From: Curvularia clavata
Taxonomy: Eukaryota
DNA: 64,000 nt
Reading direction: 5' to 3'
NCBI GenBank assembly: GCA_023920165.1
Contig: CP089275.1
Coordinates: 1,116,001 to 1,180,000, forward strand
This document shows, one piece after another, positions 1-11,855 of the stretch. Both the position numbers and the translations under genes were made by a program. Numbering within the stretch: the stretch's first letter is position 1; every line of letters starts with the position of its first letter. The notes below the pieces were generated by a model, which searched no databases, was not told the DNA's origin, and was given only the letters and a program-made list of their open reading frames with translations.

Positions 1-910
1 CACAACGATCCACCAAGAGCTTGAGGAATGGAAATGTTTCATGCCTACAGAGATCCAGACTAGCTCGAGAGCGTACGGGGCGCCGCGCCTTGAGATGCCT
101 GTCGCTATATTGCACTACACTTACCTCAGTTGCATTAGCAAGATCAGTATGACAGAGGCGGTCTTATTGGATCTGGCAAAATGCAATCCGGATATGCAAG
201 AAGTACAGCCTCCAGCATCAAACAAAACCTTTAGTACCAGCAGAATGGCTAGAGCTAGGTGCGCTATGGCGGCCCGTGGAACACTTGATGTGCTGCTCCG
301 CTTGCAACCCCAACCCTTCACACACCTCTGGTAGATTTGCCATAAGTCATGTTTAGCGACCAATCTCTTGATACTAACAACCTAGAAAGGCAAACACTGT
401 GCTTCCCACTCTCCGCAATCCTCGTTTTACTGTCAGAAACCCTTGCATATCCAGCATCGGCCCACGCTGAAACCGATGTCGAACTCATTCACGACTTCGT
501 CCGATATTTAGAGCGGCTGAAATCAGAGGGATGCGAAGTACACCGGCTTATCAACAGCTGTAGGAGTTTCTGGAGCATTGCAACTTGTGCGCTGATTGCT
601 TCACAAACTGACCAAGAGGTGACGATTTTTGAACAAACAAGGGAGGTAAGCAAGCAAGCTGGGTTCCCTGCCGATTCTGCAACGGCAAGCTGACATATGG
701 GGAATCCAGTCAATATGTGCAAAGTTCGCGCAAGTCGTGGACTGGCTACAGCTTGCAGAAGGACTATTAAGCAATGTGCCAATGTTGAGTGGCAAGGCGC
801 GTAAACTCTTTTGTGACATTCTCGAACTGGGCGGACCGGATGAACAGTACGGTGACTTTGTCCCAGAACTTATGAAACCTAGCAACTATAATTTCTCGCA
901 CAGCAATTAA
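1..910 (+). CDS. 3' part of a fungal-specific (probably Zn2Cys6-type) transcription factor, truncated by the window edge
   Basis: Frame from nt 2 reads TTIHQELEEWKCFMPTEIQ...LHYTYLSC, like the fungal TF middle-homology region. Introns at about 331-389 and 646-709; last exon ends at TAA 908-910. Confidence 0.6.
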
Positions 911-1672
911 AAGAGGCGCTATTAGTTGGGGATGATTCAATTGAGATGGTTGCTGGAAGAAGATAGTATGTTTAGTCACTTTTTTTGTCCACATAATGTA
1001 TCACGCACGCCCCATCCATACGAATGTATGCGAGGCGGTGAACCACCTAGACCTACCAGTTTCCAGCTTCGACTGCCTGAAACATCGCAATGACAGTACC
1101 CGCACATTTTATCCTGTTAAAAAGCTAATGACACTGGAGCACATGAATCAGTGAGTGAAAACGCTTCAACAAGCAGTACGCATCGCTTGTGATAATATAA
1201 TACAAATCAGGTCGTCTCCAGAAGCTCACAGGGATTCACTCATCAGCCGTAGCAGACGTGGAAAACTGGAACGAGGCAGGGTTAGCAGGATATCTAGCCA
1301 TATCAAGTGTCACATCAAAGAGTAGCTCGGACTTATTTTGGTCCGCAGAAGATTCCAATGCAGGGTTAGCGTAACCAAAGCATCCTGCCAAGCTCTACTG
1401 GTTGAGCGAAAGATTCATCCCGCACCTTGAAATGCGGATGTACGTCAATTCGATCAGTCAGCAATTCAAAGAAGCTTGCGTCATGTTCATCACTCGACTG
1501 ATACTGACTCACCTCTGTCCAAAAGCTGCCGCACACAGATTACAAAGCATTCTTCCGCAGCGGAGGAACGGACCTTAAACTTGCTACTTAAACCACGAAC
1601 CGCAGTGCGCTTATTCTAACAAGCAGACCCTAGAGAATTTTGCATGCAACAATATCGTTTTCAGTCCTCATC

Positions 1673-2461
1673 ATGTCGTTCCACCTTACTGGCATTGCGC
1701 ACTCAATCTGCACACTCCGCCCGCTACTTGTCCTTGCTGAGAAAGGAGTCGAAGATTTCACGTTGCATGCTCCGAACATTGGTGCTGGCGAGCACAAGGT
1801 AAATAACTTCCCGTCTTAGTTGTGGATGAACTAATCACGAAATTTAGACTGAGCAGTACAAGAAGAAGCATCCTTTTGGTCAGATTCCAATCCTCGAAGA
1901 CAATGGCTTCGTTCTGTTTGGTCAGTTCGCTGGGAGCTCTCCTCTTCGTCACTGAACTAATGACCTGCAGAGTCACGCGCGATTTCGCGTTTCTTAGCCA
2001 CAAAGTTCGCTAACCAGGGCACGCCTCTTCTTCCTTCCTTCCAGGATGAGAAAGCATGGGCTCTCTTTGAACAGTGGGCTTCTGTCGAGCAAAACAATTT
2101 CGACCACTTCGCCCAGGAGATATTCACCCAAAAGATGATCCGCCCGTAAGTTGCATATACAAGCTCTGCATGAAAGTATTACTGAAATTTTTGAAGCATG
2201 TTTGGTCAGCCTGTTGACGAGGCAGCTCTCGAGAACGCAAAGAAAACTCTTGCTGAAAAACTTGATGTATTCAACGGTATCCTTGCTAAGCAGGATTACA
2301 TGGGCGGCACCAATTTCTCTTTGGTGGACATTTTTTACATGCCGTTAATGTCGAAGCTGTTCGAGGTCAACGAGGGTGATTTGGTTGGAACTCGTCCCAA
2401 TGTGCAGGCTTGGTGGGACAGAGTCTCTGCAAGGAACTCGTGGAAAAAATTAGCCCAGTGA
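1673..2461 (+). CDS. Glutathione S-transferase (Phi-like), 4 exons
   Basis: Spliced translation gives MSFHLTGIAHSICTLRPLLVLAEKGV...GEHK / KHPFGQIPILED..LFESRAISRFLA / EQWASVE / YMGGTNFSLVDIFYMP...RPNVQAWWDRV. Three GT-AG introns. Confidence 0.9.
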
Positions 2462-3120
2462 GCCGCCTGTTGACAGATATGGCATTGCTGCCTCATGGAC
2501 AGCCACCCGACCGCAATTAATTCATATTGAAACGCTGGTATCTCGTCTACACCGGAAGTCTCCAGTGTTCTAGTGTCTAATGACTTGGTGTGTTGGGGGG
2601 AAATTTTAGCGAACCCGTCACTCCACAAGGGGGCATAGCAAGCATGCGCAATATCAGCATTCTTTTCCGTGGTTGCGGTGTCTTCTTGTGATATTATTTA
2701 TTTCGTTCTATCTATGCTGTATATTGCACTGCATATCATATATTTAACCCTGCAACCTAGTCCATTTAAGATACGGCGTTGCTACAGCTGTGTGAAGCAT
2801 ATCATACTTAGTAAGGTTGTAGACCCATGTGCAAAGCGCAAGTGTCAGTTTCTTCTATGTTGTTCAAGTTTTCAATCTTCAAGTTCGACGATAGGTGACC
2901 TAAGTATGGAACATCTTGTGCGGGGCAGTAGCCAGCCTTCGACAAGATGCGCTACCCTTCTGCTGACAACATTGCAGCCTTCTCAATTCAATTTTGCTCC
3001 AACTCATTATATTTCTCTTTATAATGCTTTGAGGTTGGAGATGATACTGTGAATCCTCTGATCAACTACCTGTGTTTAAGCAATTCCAGTCAATCATTCC
3101 AATCTTCTGAAACAGTACTC

Positions 3121-3833
3121 TTAGACTTGCCCTGCTCTAGCTTTTCCCAGTACATGAATTAAATAGTCCGTGTCATAACCAGATCCAATTCGATAGCGTC
3201 CAGCAATAGTGATGTCGGGAACGACTCTGACTCCTCTCATAGTTGCCTTGCGAATCTTCTCGTCGACTTCAAGATCACCTGCCCGTGAATTTAACCAAGC
3301 CTTAGCTTCAGATCTCTCAATGCCTGATTCTACGGCTACTCTCTTGAGAAAGTCATGGGATGACAGGTCTCGACCATCCTCAAAATGACCTTTGAACAGC
3401 CTTTCTACAACAGCAAGCTGCACCGTGCTGGATTTCTCGCCAGCAAGATGTACCAAGCGATGACCATCGTATGTGCTGCCGATCTTGCGGCGATTGTTGA
3501 AATTAATGCCTTCGGCGCGACCAAGCGTCTGTTCCCGTTCTAATTTTGCGTCTCGCGCCTCTGGTCCGAACACTGAGGCAATGTAGGTAGAAATATCTAT
3601 GGAGACCTTGGGTGCTTTTGGTTGAAGAATCATCGGATACCACTGAACTATGATCGAATCGTCGGGAAATCTATCTTGGTGCGTCTGAATAGCTCTCGTG
3701 ATACGTTTCAAGGCTACGTAGCACTGTTTTCGGAATTAAAATAAGCTGTTGAACGCGATAGTTCTGTGATTTGCACCATACTTACGAAGGGACACCCTAG
3801 GTCCATGACGACGTCGATTGTAATCCTAGCCAT
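3121..3833 (-). CDS. DSBA-like thioredoxin-fold protein (FrnE-like)
   Basis: Exon 1 MARITIDVVMDLGCPF, intron about 3726-3785, then CYVALKRI, restoring a CPFC motif. Also STYDGHRLVHLA, VVERLFKGHFEDG and GVRVVP. Confidence 0.85.
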
Positions 3834-4019
3834 AACGGCGAAACTGTCAGGCCACACAAGAGGCCGGATCCCCGAGATATGTGGGAAATATGTGAAACTA
3901 CGCGAACTCTGCTTGAAATGTTGCTGTATCAAAAAGTCATCAATGTAGCGGCAATTTAATACGGAAGCGCCCTTGGACTTTAGCGAACTAAGGCTGGTCC
4001 TTGTACAAACGGAGCGGCC

Positions 4020-4150
4020 GATGTGATGCGGATGCAGATGCAGATGTGGATGTGATGCGGATGCGGATGTGATGCGGATGCGGATGTGATGCGGATGCGG
4101 ATGTGATGCGGATGCGGATGTGATGCGGATGCGGATGCGGATGCGGATGC
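4020..4150. repeat. Compound minisatellite of GATGT/GATGCG units (about 17-bp higher-order unit GATGTGATGCGGATGCG)
   Basis: Directly visible tandem array about 190 bp upstream of the DSBA start codon. Confidence 0.95.
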
Positions 4151-4345
4151 TTTGAATCGCGCAGCTTACTAAAGCTCCAGCTCTCCCATAACTCGCTGAG
4201 AACACAGACTCGATTGCGAGTCCTAAGCCGATCTCGTTCTAAAACTAAACCATACATCTGGTTAGAATAATCCTTATGCTTGACAGTTGCTGTTTCCACC
4301 AGTCAAGTTCGTTAAAATTGCTCAATTCAAGTTCAACGGGCCCTC

Positions 4346-4640
4346 TGTTACGGCTCGGTGAGTTCAGACTGAGCTAGCAACCCTTCTTTAGAATATCACA
4401 GGCGTACGCCGTGAGGGACCAGTGAACAAGCTAGATGTAGGAACCTGGATTTCTGAAGGAGCAGCTATGCAATTGAGAGGGAATGTTGACTTCGAGGGAA
4501 GCAGTTATCAATCATGGCCTTAGCGGAAGCCCGCGATGCCTTGACTTCTGCACGTCACTAAGACCTCATAGATACTCTAGCACTTTCGAGGGTTTACTCC
4601 TAGGTAGAAATAGCACACGGGCCGGCGTAAATACATGACA
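4346..4640. mobile_element. Possible solo LTR
   Basis: TGTTA...TGACA termini, 295 bp. Flanks CCCTC/GCTCG do not form a clean TSD. Confidence 0.3.
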
Positions 4641-4840
4641 GCTCGGATATTTCAGATCAGTTTTCTACGGACGATATCGTATTACGGAGATGAGTGGTGA
4701 GCTCGTGTCCGCCTTATATCGGCCGCACGCTTACTGCGTTAGTATGAATGTCGTGGAAGATCAAGACACTAATATTATCACGACTGTCAGACACTCAAGC
4801 ATTGCTTCGAAATTCCTACTAAAGCGAGCGCCCCCAATAC

Positions 4841-5600
4841 ATGACGATGCCTGCTTTGAGCTTCAGTCTCCTTTGCTTTGTTCTCACGACAATCTTGATC
4901 GCAGAATCTACTAAGGAGCCTATTTTTGCATATCGTTTTGATCTTACGGTTGCTAAATGCAGAAGCCCCTGCCTTTTCACTTGCAAGATAGACCCCACCG
5001 GTAATCAATCGATCGTCGGGATGTTCCTCCATCACCATCAACGCCGTCACTTTTCTGTCCAGCGTTACCTTCAATCTCTCTACACTTACCGATGCAACGT
5101 CTGTTAACTTCCAGGGGGACTAGACCTAGGACGTTCAAGAAAGATCTGGTGGCAAAAATATTCTCATCACCAGTGGGGCAGGCGCCATGCTCTTCGGCCA
5201 AGGAAAGAGTTACTGGGACAGGCGAGGCAGGAGTAAGACCGTCTCAGCTAATCCAAAATCCTTGGCTGCCCACAATCTCGTTGGCAAGTCATCGATCAGC
5301 TATCTCTACCTCAGAAACTCCCCCGGTCAAGCCGTAAGCATCAAAGGCTGCGAGCGTTTCACGGTTAGTTACATGATTATCCACAGCCCAGAGAGTGACA
5401 GTTTGCCTCTCGATCAGACCGCCCACAACACTGACGGCTTTGATATTCGTGCGACTTTTAACATTCTCATTGACAATGCCACCGTTCGTAACCAGGACAA
5501 TTTGCATAGCACTCAATTCCGGAACAACATATACGCTCTTGAAGTCGCCGTATTTCAATCGTACACAAAGCTCCATCGAAACGCTATCGGTATAGCGACG
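4841..5600 (+). pseudogene. Endopolygalacturonase (GH28) pseudogene
   Basis: Signal-like N-terminus, GQGKSYWD, NSPGQAVSI and HNTDGFDI. The NQDDC motif is altered to NQDN with a frameshift (CIALNSGT continues in another frame). GHG and RIK motifs not found. Confidence 0.8.
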
Positions 5601-6039
5601 CGAGAAGGCTGTACTGACTGTAACAAAGTCGAATTCTTAAATGAGCTACATCGCGTACGCTAACAAGCCTTCGAAAGATCGACGAGTCGTAGAGCCTGGG
5701 GGCTGTCAGGAATCTGGCTCTGGGATCTATCATTCCACAGCTTTTAGCGCCTCCGAAGGGAGCCCTTCGGTCACGACAGGTTCAGCCAACAGTCTGTAGA
5801 GCTTCTTTTGGTTGAGGCATCAAGCGCCTGATCCCATGAAGGATAAGTAGCAGCAGGAGTCACAGTCTCGCCGCATTTATCTCCGATGCCAGGGTCGTTA
5901 TCACACGGGATGGGGTAGGGTTGATGGTTGCATACGAACCACAGTACTTCTATGTAGACAACATCTGGGAAAAATACTCGCAGCTTGAGCACGAGCCATA
6001 CAAGTTGAGCAAGTCTTTAGATGGGTAACGTGATGATAC

Positions 6040-6364
6040 AGGTGAAATCAATCAGTCAAAACCATGATCGATATCTGTTATTCATCTATTAACAGCTACC
6101 TATCTATGACGCTTAAGATTATGCAATTTACTGCTCGAAAGACTCTTCTAGCTTCTATTCTAGCTAATATATATCGTAATAGAATAGCTAGTAGATAGAA
6201 ACAAGAGCCGATACAATTCAATCATAGAAGTACAAACAGACTAACCAAATTGACTTGTTTGACTGTTATATCTCTCTCCCCTAGCACATATATACTTGGC
6301 TAGAAGCTCTCGATTAGACTACCTCTGAGTCTATGCTAGAACAAGTAGCCACCACATTTCAACA
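6040..6364. mobile_element. Degenerate repeat, probably an LTR relic; similar to 26230-26540
   Basis: Shares long runs such as GCTAATATATAT..TAGAATAGCTAGTAGATAGAAAC and CTACCTCTGAGTCT..TAGAACAAGTAGC with the 26 kb copy; ends in CAACA. Confidence 0.6.
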
Positions 6365-6933
6365 TTATCCTCCCAAATTTCCCTTGCTTCACTGGCCTCT
6401 TAGGGGAACGGTCTTGGTGGGATCTTCGCCCCGTAAGAGTCATCATGCTGACAGTAAATCGAGTGAGCCTTTTGACCACTCGCGATCAGCAATCATGGAA
6501 AAATCATTCTACACGTTACTTGTAACGTAACCAAATATTTAGTTGGTAGCTTAGGTATTCTGCCACCGCCTAGGACCCAACATCGTCCTTTACTTTCTCT
6601 TTTTAAATTTCTTCGCAACAAATTGTTCCTTTCATATTTACAGTAACTAGCGATTGCGGCTTCACACTTGCAGGCAGCATCCAAAAAGTCTAATCATGAG
6701 ATCTAGGATTTGCCAGTCCTGTTGGCTGCTCTGCAGCTAATTGCTCACGCTAAGCTACATATGGAAGGTGGGGTTGTTCAAAATCGTTGCTCAGCTGCAC
6801 GTATTAAAGGTGAAGCCGCAACCATTCATCACTGTAGATTGTTATTCGCCTCGCTCCTGCGTAAAGTGCTCGCTGTACAGCCATCTTTATCATTGCCTTA
6901 GATTCAGTAAAGCAGACAAGTGCTGCTTCAGCA

Positions 6934-9900
6934 ATGCCATTTCTCGATCTTCCAAATGAGCTACTCCAAAATATAGCGGAATGTCTAGAATCCGAGAAAG
7001 ACATTAACGCAATTGCACAAGCCAACCACCGGCTCTACCGCCTGCTAGACAGCTACCTCTACCACTATAACGTGAAACATTGTGGAGGCTCAGCGCTATT
7101 GTGGAGTGCCCAACATGGCCAAGAGGGAACGGCGCGGAAGTCACTGAGAGAAAATGCCAACGTACAAGGCACAGATGGTTCTAAAGACAAGAAACCGCTA
7201 TTCTTAGCGGCAGAGAATGGACAAAAGAAGTTAGTGAAGCTTCTTCTCGAAAATGGTGCCAGCGTTACCGGGCATGGTCAGTGCGTGAGCATGGTCAGAC
7301 AATGAGCCACCCCACCAAAAGTAGCATAGTAATCCATTATCTTCAACACCACATAACTCCACCACCATGGATCCGATTTCAAAAGCGATTGCAGCAATCG
7401 ATTCGCAAGGCCTAGAAGGATAAATCTCGTACCGTGAAGCTGCAAAAATCTTTGGTGTTGACCGCAATACGTTGGCGCGGAGACACCAAAACAAAACTCA
7501 GTCGCGTGACGACGCGACACACCAACGCCAACTACTCAGTCTACTACAAGAATCCGAGCTTATAAAATATATACATGACTTAACTGAGCGTGCTCTTCCA
7601 CCCACTAGATCCATAATTAAAAACTACGTATCAGTCATTGCAGAATGGGAGCCTTCGGACAGCTGGATTTCCCGATTTCTTCGTCGACACCGCGATCATC
7701 TTACTACTAAATTTGTGACTGGGATTGATCAGGAGCGTTACTAAGCTGATAATATTGATAGTTACCGATCGTATTTCGAACTCCTTCGTGCTAAGATCGC
7801 TCAGTATAACGTAGAGCCACACAATATTTATAATATGGATGAGAAGGGGTTCCTTCTTGGGGTTGTAGAAAGGTCTAAAAGAGTGTTTTTAAAACAACTT
7901 TGGGACTAAAAGAAAGTTACAGCAGCCTTGCAAGATGGTAGCAGAGAGTGGATAACAGTTTTGGCTTGTATCTATACTGATGGGAGCTGGATTGATTCTA
8001 CGATTATCTTCGAAGGAAATGTCGGTCTTCGCGAGTGATGGATATAGGACTTAGAGGTGGATAAACATAAGGTTTTTTGCTCTACAACTGAGTCTGGCTG
8101 GAGTAACAATGAGCTGGGAAAGGCTTGGGTTGAACAGGTGTTTGACCGGAAGATAAAGGGGAAAGCAAAACGAGACTACAGACTTCTTCTGCTCGACGGC
8201 TATGGAAGCCACGTTACTCCATCCTTCATCGATTACTGCGACTCCCATCGAATCCTGATTGCAATCTTTCCCCCCCATGCGACTCACAGTCTTCAGCCAC
8301 TTGACGTGGTGTTATATTCTCCTCTGTCGACAGCTTACTCGAATGAACTATCCGACTTCCTCCGCCGCTGTTAGGGGTTACTGCGCGTGCAAAAAAGTGA
8401 CTTTATAAGCTTATTTTGGGCGGCATATACGTCGACTTTCACATTTGAGAATATTACAAGCAGCTTTGCGGCTACTGGAGTTCATCCACTCGATCCAGAA
8501 GTTATACTCCAACGCTTCAAAATCTCAACACCATAACAAGATATAGATACAGAAGTTAGAGAGCATGGAGACGGGGAAACTTGGAGACAGCTGTCTAAGT
8601 TGTACGACGCTGCTGTCCCAGATAAGTCAAAAGTTGAAGCCAAAGAGCTAAAATAGGCACTCTATTTATTTTAGGTCAGAAATGCGCTGCTCCACTATGA
8701 AAACGAGGAGTTACGCAGTGAAATAAACGCCAAAAAACAGAAGAAAAAGCACAATCTAGTTCTAGATCTTCAGCAGCACTAAGAGTATCAAAGTTTGGCG
8801 GTGGTGTGGAGTCCTTACTCAGTACAAGAAGCTCGGGCTCGTGAACACGCAAAACAACAAGAAGCTAAGGCAGAAAAACTCCGAAAATAAGAGCAAAAAA
8901 AGATTAAAGCTGCTGCTACTGCCTATAAAAAAAGGATTGCAGCAGAAGCAAAAGAAGCCCGACAGTTGGCACGGGAGGCACGAGTAAAGGAGCGGGAGGC
9001 GAAGGCTGCGCAACTCGCGGCTGCCCGGGCTCAAAAACAACAAGAACGCGTTGCTGCAACACCAAAAAAACTTCAAGATAGAGGGAATAAAGGCAAAAGA
9101 AAAGCTTCATCAAGTCAAATATCAAAAACAGCTAAGCGTCGTGGTGTTGCGGATGATCAGAGTGGTGGTGCGTCTGCACCGCAGCCATCCGAGCCCTCTA
9201 CCAAAACCACCACGCGCGGCCGCAAAATCAATCTTCCAAGTAAATATAAGTAGACAGCCATCAAATATATCATGATCTTACTACTCCACCAAAAAATCTC
9301 ACAATATTAGCTTTTGTATGGGGCTTAGAAGCTTCGTTTCTTGGTGGGCGCGCATTTTGGTGGGGTGGCTCATTGTCTGACCATGCTCACGCACTGACCA
9401 TGCCCGCTACCGCGCAGAGTGGATATCATGGCAACGCACTCCAAGCAGCTTCAATAGGAGGCCACGACCAAGTGGTCACAATACTACTTGACGCGGGCGC
9501 CGACATTACCGCGCAGATTAGATATTATGGCAACGCACTACAGGCAGCTTCAATAGGAGGTCACGATCAGGTGGTCAAAATACTACTTGACGCGGGCGCC
9601 GACGTTAACGCGCAGAGTGGATACTATGGCAACGCACTACAGGCGGCATCATCAAGAGGCCACGAGCAAGTAGTTAAGTTACTTCTTGACAAGAGTGCCA
9701 ACGTTGACGCGCTGAATGGAATTTATGACAGCGCACTACATGCAGCTTCATTAGGAGGCTATGAGCAGATAGTCAAGATACTGCTCGACAAGGGTGCTAG
9801 CATTAACCCACAGAGTTTAGATCACCACAATGCACTACAAGGAGCTTCAATGGGAGGCCATGGGAAAATAGTTAAGATACTGCTCGATAAGGGTGCCAAT

Positions 9901-10629
9901 ATCAACGCGGAGAGTAGAGAGTACAGCAACGCATTACAGGCAGCTTTAGAGGGAGGCCGCAAGCAGGTGGTCAGAATACTGCTTGACGAAGGCGTTGATA
10001 TCAACGCTCAGGGCGGGCACTATGGCAACGCACTGCAAGTAGCTTCTATCAGCGGCGATGAGCAGATGGTTAAGATGCTACTTGATAGGGGTGCTAACGT
10101 TAACGCCCGTGGTGGACGGTACGGCAACGCGTTACAGGCAGCTTCACGTAGAAGCCACCAGCGGGTAGTTAAGATGTTACTTGACGCGGGCGCTAATGTT
10201 AACGCCCAGGGTGGATGCTACAGCAACGCACTACAGGCAGCTTCACTCGGAGGCCATGTGCAGGTGGTCAAAATACTACTTAACGCGGGCGCCGACGTTA
10301 ACGCGCAGATTGGAGAGTTTAGCGGCGAGGAGTCTGAAGGGTACATCAATGCACTGCATGCAGCTTCAGGAAAAGGCTACGAGCAGGTGGTTGAAATGCT
10401 ACTTGACGCAGGTGCTGATGTTAATGCTGATAGTGTGTTGTCTGGCAACGCACTATACTCGGCTGCAGAGGGAGGCCATGAGCAGGTGGTCAAGATGTTA
10501 CTTGACGCGGGCGCTGACGTGAACGCCCAGGATGGATTTCATGGCAACGCGCTACAGGCAGCTTCACGTAGAGCCCACCAGCAGGTGGTTAAGATGCTGC
10601 TCGATGCAGGTGCCTATCAACCGGTTTAG
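6934..10629 (+). pseudogene. F-box-like plus ankyrin-repeat gene (517 aa when reconstructed), interrupted by a pogo/Fot1 transposon
   Basis: N-terminus MPFLDLPNELLQNIAECL is F-box-like. Joining 6934-7267 to 9410-10629 gives an open frame GASV-TAQSGYHGNALQAA followed by about 12 GNALQAAS-type ankyrin repeats. Confidence 0.9.
7268..9407 (+). mobile_element. Full-length pogo/Fot1-type DNA transposon with an inactivated DDE transposase
   Basis: About 53-bp TIRs (CCGGGCATGGTCAGTGCGTGAGCATGGTCAGACAATGAGCCACCCCACCAAAA and its reverse complement, one terminal mismatch) and TA duplication at 7266-7267/9408-9409. Motifs YNMDEKGF, LLLLDGYGSH, PPHATHSLQPLDV; multiple TAA/TAG stops. Confidence 0.95.
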
Positions 10630-10954
10630 TAGCTTTTCTCAGGCACCTGATAAGCATCTTAGGTTATCTGTCAGCATGTGCCATAACTGCATGTTGTCAA
10701 GGCTATACTAAGTAGGCAAAGCGCTATTTCCATTACCATAGGTAGAATACAAGCGATTTAAACACGCGCGCTAATACAGGTACATGCATGCTAAGACGCA
10801 ATAGCAGCGGACCCAGCTAACTTGGGCCTATGTGCAGAGATCATCTACTCCCCATTACGGAGGTTCTATGTAGCATATACACATCTATACTGAAGCAACG
10901 CCCAGAGCATAAAGATATAGCACTCCTAGAACACACTTCTATCTTAGCCTTCCC

Positions 10955-11370
10955 TGTTACGATCCGTCCGGAGAAATGCCCCGGTCCCGAGACAAGGGCT
11001 AGTCTCCAGACAGCTATCCGTCTCCCGACAAGGGACAGTACTCAGACAAGAAGTAGTCTTAGGACTGCATCTAGTCCCTAGACTACTACGTGTCTCCAGA
11101 CTAACATAAGTCCCCAGACTAAGCTACATCCCTAGACAAGGACTATTCTCTAGACCAAGGTTGTTCTCTAGATATGAAGTACTTCCAAGATACGAAGACA
11201 TCTCAGTCACACTAATATATATTCAGTTATACATATAAGAGCGAAAGAAATGCCGAAAATAGAAGCAGCACGTGACATGCTCTGTAATTTGTGATGCTTA
11301 GCGCTACAGAGCAATAGAGCACTCTGCATAATATGGTAATATATAGAGAAGGCACCGAACCCTCATAGCT
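10955..11370. mobile_element. Probable degenerate LTR with an internal array of about 18-20-bp GTCYCCAGAC-like units
   Basis: Starts TGTTAC; about 10 degenerate units at 10983-11175. Right end and TSD not resolved. Confidence 0.4.
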
Positions 11371-11782
11371 CCATATGTTTGAGTTAAGCTATAAGTATAA
11401 CTGTAATGGGCGGGCGACATACCGGCACACGACTACACAGTGCGCTCATTTAGCCAAAAAGGCAGGCACAAGACAACAAAGCTTGATGTTGTTTTGGTGT
11501 AGTCAGTCAGTGCTTATCGTCATCATCGTCGTGTTTTTTAAATCTCAGGGCGTAGCCCATCACACTAGCGAGGCATGAGCCGCTCGCTCATGAACCACAT
11601 TATTCGTCATTATGAACTCCCACTAAATGTTCTTCTCTTACAAAGATTGATACTGAGTTATTCTATTATACACAGAATTGATTGCTATTTTCTACCTTCC
11701 CATCCGAGCCTCTTCTATGCACGGTGAGCGGATAGCGATGAGGTTACTATCGACGGAGCAAAAAAAGTAAGAAAGAAAAATA

Positions 11783-11855
11783 CTCTCCAACAGGAAATTC
11801 AACCCCGGTCTCCCGTGTGCTGTCAATTGCTTGACAAGCGGAAATGCTGACCACT
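11783..11855 (-). pseudogene. 5'-truncated, degenerate tRNA-Asp(GTC) copy
   Basis: Reverse complement AGTGGTCAGCATTTCCGCTTGTCA-[14-nt intron]-CACGGGAGACCGGGGTTGAATTTCCTGTTGGAGAG, then T-runs. First 13 nt missing; T-loop TTC changed to TTG. Confidence 0.85.

Noticed and set aside
3714..4299. ORFs rich in HPHPH/IRIRI
   Set aside because: Translations of the GATGCG minisatellite.
10983..11175. CRISPR-like repeat/spacer appearance
   Set aside because: Repeats are too short and degenerate, there are no cas genes, and the context is eukaryotic.
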